From positions 32,001 to 96,000 of the forward strand of contig CBDDBZ010000034.1 in assembly GCA_965225945.1 (NCBI GenBank): a DNA stretch of 64,000 nucleotides. The letters run 5' to 3'. Shown here one piece after another: positions 58,198-64,000 of this stretch. The notes below the pieces were generated by a model. The model saw only the letters and a list, made by a program, of their open reading frames with translations. It did no database searches and had not been told where the DNA came from. A program made the translations under genes and the position numbers. The stretch comes from Alphaproteobacteria bacterium. GTDB taxonomy: Bacteria; Pseudomonadota; Alphaproteobacteria; GCA-2731375. Within the stretch, counting starts at the first letter, position 1. The number at the start of each line of letters is the position of its first letter.

Positions 58198-59853
58198 ATG
58201 GGAAATTCCATCGACGTCATCCGCATGCAGGTGATGTGGAACCGCCTGATCTCGGTGATCGAGGAGCAGGCGCAGACCCTGCTGCGCACGGCCTTCTCTC
58301 CGATTGTGCGCGAGTGCGGCGACCTCTCGGCCGGCGTCTTCGATCTCGACGGGCGGATGCTGGCCCAGGCGATCACCGGCACGCCCGGGCACGTCAACTC
58401 GATGGCCGAGGCGGTGCACCATTTCATCCGCCACTTTCCGATTGCCGACATGGCCGAAGGCGATATCTACATCACCAACGATCCCTGGATGGGGACCGGC
58501 CATCTGAACGACTTCGTGCTGACCACGCCGTGCTTTCGCCAGGGCCGGCTGGTCGGCCTGTTCGCCTGCACCTCGCACCTGACCGACATCGGCGGCCTCG
58601 GCACCGGCCCGGACGGCACGGACGTGCACATGGAGGGGATCTACATCCCCATGCTGAAGCTCGCCGAGCGGGGCCGGATCGACCCGACCTTGATGGCGTT
58701 GCTGCGCCGAAACACGCGCGAGCCGATCGAGACCGAGGGCGACGTCTATTCGCTTGCCGCCTGCAACGAGGTCGGCTGCACGCGCCTGGTCGAGATGATG
58801 GACGAGTTCGGGCTCGAGGATCTCGACGCGCTCTCGGGCTACATCATCGAGAACTCGCGGCGCGCCGTCCTGAAGGAGATCGGGAAGCTGCCCCGAGGAC
58901 GCTGGCGCAACGCCATGACCGTCGACGGCTACGACCGGCCGCTCGATCTGGTGGCGCGGCTGGATATCACCGCCGAGGGCATCCACGTCGACTATGACGG
59001 CAGCTCGCCGATGTCGCGTTACGGCGTCAACGTGCCGATGGCCTACACCACCGCCTACACCTGCTTCGGGCTCGGCTGCGCGATCGCGCCCGAGGTGCCG
59101 AACAACGCGGGCTCGCTCTCCGCCTTCCGGGTCACGGCACCGGAGAAGTCGATCCTGAACGCGCCCTACCCGGCCGCCGTATGCGCCCGCCACATCGTCG
59201 GCCAGATGCTGCCCGACGTGGTCTTCGGCTGCCTGGAAAGGATAGTGCCGGAGCGGGTGCCGGCCGAAGGCGCCTCCGCGCTCTGGAACATGACGTTTAG
59301 GGGCCGGACCGACCGGGGCGCCAACGACGCGGCGATGTTCACCATCACCGCCGTCACCAACGGCGGCACCGGCGCGCGCGCGATTCTGGACGGCCTCAAC
59401 GGCACCGCCTATCCGAGCGGGGTCAAGGGAACGCCGGTGGAGATCGTCGAGGTGGTGGCGCCGGTGGTCTTCCGCCGCAAGGAGTTGCGTACCGATTCGG
59501 GCGGCATCGGCGCCCTGCGCGGCGGCCTCGGACAGGTTTTGGAGGTCGAGTCGGCGATCGGCGCCGATATGGAGCTGTTGGCCGTCTACGACCGAATCGA
59601 CCATCCGGCTCGGGGGCGAGGTGGTGGTGGCCTGGGCGAGGCGGGCGCGGTCTTCCTCGCCTCCGGCCAGCGGCTCAAGGGCAAGGGGACGCAGATGATT
59701 CCGGCCGGCGAGCGCCTGGTCCTGCATACCCCCGGCGGTGGCGGCCACGGGATTGCGCGGGAGCGTCCCCGCGAAGCCGTGGCGCGAGACCTCCGCGACG
59801 GCCTGATCTCGGAGGGGGCCGCGCGCGAGCACTACGGCTGGACGCCAGACTGA
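58198..59853 (+). CDS. Hydantoinase B/oxoprolinase subunit B
   Basis: RTAFSPIVRE.GDLS, NDPW.GTGHLND, H..DIGG, EG..IP, GG.GA, DSGG.G..RGGLG and TPGGGG motifs. Confidence 0.92.
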   Translation: MGNSIDVIRMQVMWNRLISVIEEQAQTLLRTAFSPIVRECGDLSAGVFDLDGRMLAQAITGTPGHVNSMAEAVHHFIRHFPIADMAEGDIYITNDPWMGTGHLNDFVLTTPCFRQGRLVGLFACTSHLTDIGGLGTGPDGTDVHMEGIYIPMLKLAERGRIDPTLMALLRRNTREPIETEGDVYSLAACNEVGCTRLVEMMDEFGLEDLDALSGYIIENSRRAVLKEIGKLPRGRWRNAMTVDGYDRPLDLVARLDITAEGIHVDYDGSSPMSRYGVNVPMAYTTAYTCFGLGCAIAPEVPNNAGSLSAFRVTAPEKSILNAPYPAAVCARHIVGQMLPDVVFGCLERIVPERVPAEGASALWNMTFRGRTDRGANDAAMFTITAVTNGGTGARAILDGLNGTAYPSGVKGTPVEIVEVVAPVVFRRKELRTDSGGIGALRGGLGQVLEVESAIGADMELLAVYDRIDHPARGRGGGGLGEAGAVFLASGQRLKGKGTQMIPAGERLVLHTPGGGGHGIARERPREAVARDLRDGLISEGAAREHYGWTPD

Positions 59854-59898
59854 GTCCGATCGCCATAATTGGCCACTCCTCGAGCGCCGCCGCGCCGA

Positions 59899-60828
59899 TC
59901 AGGCGGGCGCGTATTTGCCGGTCAGTTGCGGGGTCGTCCCTTCCAGCCCCTGCTCCTGCCGCTCGAGCCGGGTCTCGCGCGCCCAGGTGCGCCCGAGCGT
60001 GTCGGCGACGTCGAAGCGCAAGCGTCCCATGCCTTCCACCTCCAGCTCGACGACGTCGCCGTCCTGAAAGGCGCCGAGGCCCCGGTGGTTGGTGCCGCTC
60101 GCCACCAAGTCGCCCGGCTCCAGCGCGTGAATGGCGCTGAGCCATTCAATGCAGCGGGAAATTCGGTGCGCCATGTCGTCGGTGTTGAAGTCCTGCATCA
60201 AGGTGCCGTTGACCCAGAGCCGGACGGCCAGCGCCTGGGGATCGGCGATCTCGTCGGCGGTGACGAGATAGGGGCCGATCGGCGCGAAGCCGTCGCGCGA
60301 TTTCATCTGGAAGAAGGTGTTGCCGGCCGGCGGCAACCCCCGGGCGGAGCCGTCGACGAAATTGAGGTAGCCGAAGACATGATCCATGGCGTCCGCCGCG
60401 CGGACGTGGCTCGCCCGTTTGCCGATCACCACCGCCAACTCGGCCTCACCCTCGAAGATGGTCGCCGCCACGTCGGGCAGCACCAAGGTGTCGCCGGGGC
60501 CGATGATCGCGCTCGGCGCCTTGTGGAAGGCGTTGATGGGGGCGGGCGCGTCGCGCGTGCCGTTCTCCATGTAGTTGACCGCCATGCAGTCGATCTTGCC
60601 CGGGCGCGGCAGCGGCGGGCGGAGCCTGACGGCGTCGAGCGGCCGGCCCTCGCCGCGTCGCACCGCCGTCTCCAGCGCGCCCTGATAATCCTCGAAGCCT
60701 TCGATCAGGCCGCCCATCAGATCCCGCCGGTCGAGATGCGGGATGTCGGCGACGACGTCGGTGACGTCGACCACGGAATTGCCGGCGAGGACGCCGAGGC
60801 GAAAATCGTCGAAATAGAGCAGTTTCAT
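59899..60828 (-). CDS. Fumarylacetoacetate hydrolase family protein
   Basis: VNY.E, F.K, FEGEAEL, DGSAR, KS.D.F.PIGP and LEPGD...GT motifs. Confidence 0.88.
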   Translation of the reverse strand: MKLLYFDDFRLGVLAGNSVVDVTDVVADIPHLDRRDLMGGLIEGFEDYQGALETAVRRGEGRPLDAVRLRPPLPRPGKIDCMAVNYMENGTRDAPAPINAFHKAPSAIIGPGDTLVLPDVAATIFEGEAELAVVIGKRASHVRAADAMDHVFGYLNFVDGSARGLPPAGNTFFQMKSRDGFAPIGPYLVTADEIADPQALAVRLWVNGTLMQDFNTDDMAHRISRCIEWLSAIHALEPGDLVASGTNHRGLGAFQDGDVVELEVEGMGRLRFDVADTLGRTWARETRLERQEQGLEGTTPQLTGKYAPA

Positions 60829-60960
60829 TTCGCCCTCCCTCGCGCCGCCGCCGCGCCTTCGAAGCGGGCGGCAGCAGATTAGCACGGGGTCGCGCGCGCC
60901 ATGGAAGCCCCGAATTTGCCATGGTCCCGCGCCGGCGGAGGGAGGGACGAGAGGCTCACC

Positions 60961-61074
60961 ATCTCCGAGTGCGGCTTGGTCCGGGGCGGCGGCCAGGAGC
61001 ATTTCGCCGCCGGCGTCGGCCCGGCCTATAATCGCGAGCGCTTCGAGGCGGCGCACGACCTGGTCGTCGAGGCC
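60961..61074 (+). pseudogene. Short internal remnant of a luciferase-like (LLM) monooxygenase
   Basis: ECGLVRGGGQEHFAAGVGPAYNRERFEAAHDLVVEA resembles the LLM G.VRG.G.E....NP...RERF.EA.DL segment. Confidence 0.45.
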
Positions 61075-61120
61075 GCTCGCCTCGGTGGCTCGAGGCGAGG
61101 CCGGCGGGAGGGAATAGGCG

Positions 61121-61870
61121 ATGAACAGAATCGATCTGGCCGGGCGAACGGCGATCGTCACCGGCGGCGCCAAGGGGATCGGCCGCGCGGCGGTGGAACG
61201 CTTTCTCGCCTCCGACGCCATGGTGGTGATCTGGGACCGCGATCAGGCGGCCATAGACTCGGCGCTGACCGCGCTCGACGCGGGGAATCGCGTCGATGGC
61301 GTCTGCGTCGACGTCACCTCCTCGGCCCAGGTGGGCGCGGCGGCGGCGGCGATCGAGGCGCGGGGCCAAATCGATATTCTGGTCAACAACGCCGGCATCG
61401 CCGGGGCGGCCAAGCCGACCTGGGACTATTCGGACGCCGAGTGGCAGGACGTGGTCGACCTCAACCTGACCGCCGTGTTCAACGGCTGCCGGGCGCTGAT
61501 CCCGCACATGGTGGCGAACGGCTATGGCCGGATCGTCTCGCTGGCCTCGATCGCCGGCAAGGAAGGCAACCCCAACGCCTCGGCCTATTCCGCCACCAAG
61601 GCGGGCGTCATCGGCCTCACCAAGACGCTGGGCAAGGAGCTGGCCAAGAGCGGCGTCATCGTCAACTGCGTGACGCCGGCCGCGATCCGCACCGACATCT
61701 TCGACCAGATCACGGCTGAGCATATCGACTACATGCTCTCGAAGATTCCGATGGGGCGTCTCGGCAAGGTCGAGGAGGCGGCGGCGCTGATCGCCTGGCT
61801 CGCCTCGGAGGACTGTTCCTTCTCCACCGGCGCCGTGTTCGACCTCTCCGGCGGCCGCGCGACCTATTGA
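61121..61870 (+). CDS. SDR oxidoreductase (FabG-like)
   Basis: TGGAKGIG, NNAGI, S.AGKEGNPNASAYSATK and FDLSGGRATY motifs. Confidence 0.9.
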   Translation: MNRIDLAGRTAIVTGGAKGIGRAAVERFLASDAMVVIWDRDQAAIDSALTALDAGNRVDGVCVDVTSSAQVGAAAAAIEARGQIDILVNNAGIAGAAKPTWDYSDAEWQDVVDLNLTAVFNGCRALIPHMVANGYGRIVSLASIAGKEGNPNASAYSATKAGVIGLTKTLGKELAKSGVIVNCVTPAAIRTDIFDQITAEHIDYMLSKIPMGRLGKVEEAAALIAWLASEDCSFSTGAVFDLSGGRATY

Positions 61871-61877
61871 GGGCGGC

Positions 61878-63041
61878 TCAAACGATCCCGCGTTCCCGGT
61901 AGGGCGCGTCGTCGAGAACCCGCCGGTAGCCGAAAGGCGCGAGGTCGATGGTCTGGTAGCTCCCGGCGATCAGCAGCTCCGCCATCGCCCGGCCGGCCCC
62001 CGGCGCGTGCATGATGCCGTGGCCGGAGAAGCCGGAGCAGAGGTAGGCGTTCGCGAGCCCGCCGGTCCACGGACCGATGATCGGGCTCAGGTCCAGCCGG
62101 CTGCGGGCGTAATGACCGCGCCAGCTCCGCTCCAGCCGCAGCGTCTCCAGCGCCGGCACGCGCCGCGCCAGCGCCGGCCAAACCACGCGCTCGAAATGAT
62201 CGGGCGAGAGCTCGAAGTTCCAGCCGGCGGGCGTGCCCCACTCCGGCACCCCGCCGGTATAGCCGTTGCCCTCCGGCCGGAAGGCGAGGTCGGTTTCCGT
62301 CTTGATGAAGGGCAGCTCCTCGATCTCGCACGCGCAGCGGAAAAAATGCGCTTCCCGGCTCATCGGCTCGATCGGGATTTTCCAGCCGATCATACGGGCG
62401 ACCTCGCCCGACCAGGCACCGGCGGCGAGCACGAAGGCGCCGCCCTCGATTCCCCGACCCGAGGCGAGGCGGACCCGCCGCGCGAGGCCGCCGTCGGCCT
62501 CCCAGGCCACCACGTCGCCGGCGACGAAGCGCACGGCACCCGCCCGGGCCTTGCGGCGGAAGCCTTGTAGTGCCGCATGGGGATCGATCCAGGCATCGCT
62601 GGGCGAATAGACCCCGAGCGCGACATCGTCCACCGCGATGGAGGGGAAGAGCGCCTGGATCTGGTCCGGGTCCAATAGCTGCGCGTCGACGCCCAGCTCC
62701 GCCTGGGCCCGGAAATTGGCCTCCATGTCCCGGGCCCCGCCGCCGTCGGAGAGGAAGAGGTAGCCCTGCTCGCGAAAGGCGATCGGCGCGGGCTCGCCGT
62801 CGACCGCCATCGCGGTCTCGAAGTCGCGGTAGAAGGCCAAGCCATGGGCCGAGAGGGCGATGTTCTCCGGCAGAGAGAAGAGCTGGCGAATCCCGCCCGA
62901 GCCGCGCGGCGTCGCCGCCCACTCGTAGCTGGGATCACGCTCCACGACGATCGTGTCGGCGCCCGCCCCGGCTTCGGCCAGATGGTGCGCGATCGAGGCG
63001 CCGACGATGCCGCCGCCGATGATGACGATTTCGGCCCGCAT
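61878..63041 (-). CDS. FAD-dependent oxidoreductase (sarcosine oxidase beta / DAO family)
   Basis: GGGIVG, T.R.SGGIRQ.FS..ENI, GYLFL, AAGAWS, RPEG and GFSGHG.M.AP motifs. Confidence 0.88.
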   Translation of the reverse strand: MRAEIVIIGGGIVGASIAHHLAEAGAGADTIVVERDPSYEWAATPRGSGGIRQLFSLPENIALSAHGLAFYRDFETAMAVDGEPAPIAFREQGYLFLSDGGGARDMEANFRAQAELGVDAQLLDPDQIQALFPSIAVDDVALGVYSPSDAWIDPHAALQGFRRKARAGAVRFVAGDVVAWEADGGLARRVRLASGRGIEGGAFVLAAGAWSGEVARMIGWKIPIEPMSREAHFFRCACEIEELPFIKTETDLAFRPEGNGYTGGVPEWGTPAGWNFELSPDHFERVVWPALARRVPALETLRLERSWRGHYARSRLDLSPIIGPWTGGLANAYLCSGFSGHGIMHAPGAGRAMAELLIAGSYQTIDLAPFGYRRVLDDAPYRERGIV

Positions 63042-63050
63042 GGTGCCCGC

Positions 63051-64000
63051 CTATTCGACCAGAGCGGTCCGCATCCGCCCTTGCGCGTCGCCGACGGCGA
63101 CGTCGATCCCGAGGCTGATCTCGTCGGCGTCGATCGCCTCGAGCGCCGCCTCGGGTAGGGGGTCGACCACCGCGCCCTCGACCAGCACCGTGGTGCCACC
63201 GATCCGGATCTCGATCTCGTCCGGCCGGACCGGCTCCAGCGAGCCGCCGATCGCCGCCATGACGCGGCCCGGCGTATGGGGCGCGTCGACGAAGGGCGGG
63301 CGCTCCGCGAGGCAGCGGCGGACCAACAGAGAATGGGCCACCGAGCGGGCGATGCGGCGCGCCGAATCGACCGAGGCCGCGTTCCTGACCTCGATGTCGA
63401 GGAGCTTGCCCGCGCGCCGTCCGTCCCGGAGCAGTTCGCCGGACAGTTCCTCCAGCACCTCGCGCAAGCCCGAGGCCAGCGCGCCCTCGGCCACCGGGCC
63501 CGCCTTGCCGGTGGCGAAGCAGAGCAGGCTGTCGTTGGTCGAGGTCGTGTTGTCGACCGAGACGCAGTCGTAGGTCTCCGCCACCGCCGGGGCCAGCGCG
63601 GCCTGCAGCGCCGCCGCCTCGACGCCCGCATCGGTGAACAGGAAGGTGAGCGTCGTCGCCATGTTGGGGGCGATCATCGTCGCGCCCTTGGTGATCCCGA
63701 CCAGCCGGGCGCCGCCGGGAAGCACGCGGACCCGGGCCTTGGGCCACTGGTCGGTGGTCAGAATCGATCGCGCCGCCGCCCGGAAGTCGGCCGGTGCCAG
63801 CCGGCCCGCCATGTCCTCCAGCGCGGCCAGGTAGCGCGCTTCGTCGATTCGCTCCCCGATGCGCCCGGTGGAGCAGACGTAGACGCTCTCCCGCGCGATG
63901 GAGAGGGCCTGAGCGACCTGGGCCACGCTCGCCGCCACCAGTTCGAAGGCGCCGCTGCCGGTGAAGCAGTTGGCGTTGCCGGCGTTGACGATCAGCGCGC
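63051..64000 (-). CDS. Divergent ArgJ-like ornithine acetyltransferase family protein (5' part outside the window)
   Basis: NAGNAN.FTG, STG.IG, TTD, KG..MIAPNMAT and STND motifs present; several later ArgJ motifs are altered. Confidence 0.78.
   Translation of the reverse strand, partial: ALIVNAGNANCFTGSGAFELVAASVAQVAQALSIARESVYVCSTGRIGERIDEARYLAALEDMAGRLAPADFRAAARSILTTDQWPKARVRVLPGGARLVGITKGATMIAPNMATTLTFLFTDAGVEAAALQAALAPAVAETYDCVSVDNTTSTNDSLLCFATGKAGPVAEGALASGLREVLEELSGELLRDGRRAGKLLDIEVRNAASVDSARRIARSVAHSLLVRRCLAERPPFVDAPHTPGRVMAAIGGSLEPVRPDEIEIRIGGTTVLVEGAVVDPLPEAALEAIDADEISLGIDVAVGDAQGRMRTALVE

Noticed and set aside
9398-63747. Numerous long overlapping or antisense ORFs rich in R/G/P/A (e.g. 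10706-12040, 27983-29548, 54041-55612, 58042-59832)
   Set aside because: These are shadow ORFs expected at high GC; each overlaps a recognisable gene in another frame and has no motifs.

Overview
GC-rich bacterial chromosomal window; gene content and repeat types suggest an alphaproteobacterium (inference). (1) Positions 1-5160 are the end of a phage-like element integrated at the 3' end of tRNA-Lys(CTT). It encodes capsid, prohead protease, connector, portal, a possible head-closure protein, tail-completion and tail-terminator proteins. It then stops at an intact-looking att arm (tandem arm repeats plus a perfect IHF consensus), with no tail tube, sheath or tape-measure gene. This fits a capsid-forming, tail-borrowing satellite and is the most interesting candidate here. 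(2) Most of the rest is small-molecule catabolism: otnK/otnC, SDRs, a MaoC pair, TauD, ChaC, FAH, tcuA, MlrC, a TPP decarboxylase pair, polysaccharide deacetylases, DadA-like, isochorismatase, a 2OG oxygenase, hydantoinase A/B and a divergent ArgJ. There are also three class III cyclase-TPR genes (two broken) and a STAND-like ATPase-TPR. (3) An accessory island at about 40.5-50.3 kb holds an ISAba1-like IS4 with 9-bp TSD, an IS1380 remnant, and a tyrosine recombinase + IS91-type transposase unit interrupted by an IS1595. It also holds a 755-bp transposase-less cassette with perfect 43-bp TIRs (ISSod11-like ends, each with an NrdR-box-like palindrome) that carries one small passenger gene and is inserted into a cyclase. 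(4) There are many decay lesions (collapsed in-frame deletions, tandem or templated duplications, frameshifts, ambers) and a family of TAGAGC...GCTCTA palindromic repeats. No rRNA or CRISPR array was seen. All product calls come from motif recognition, not database searches.
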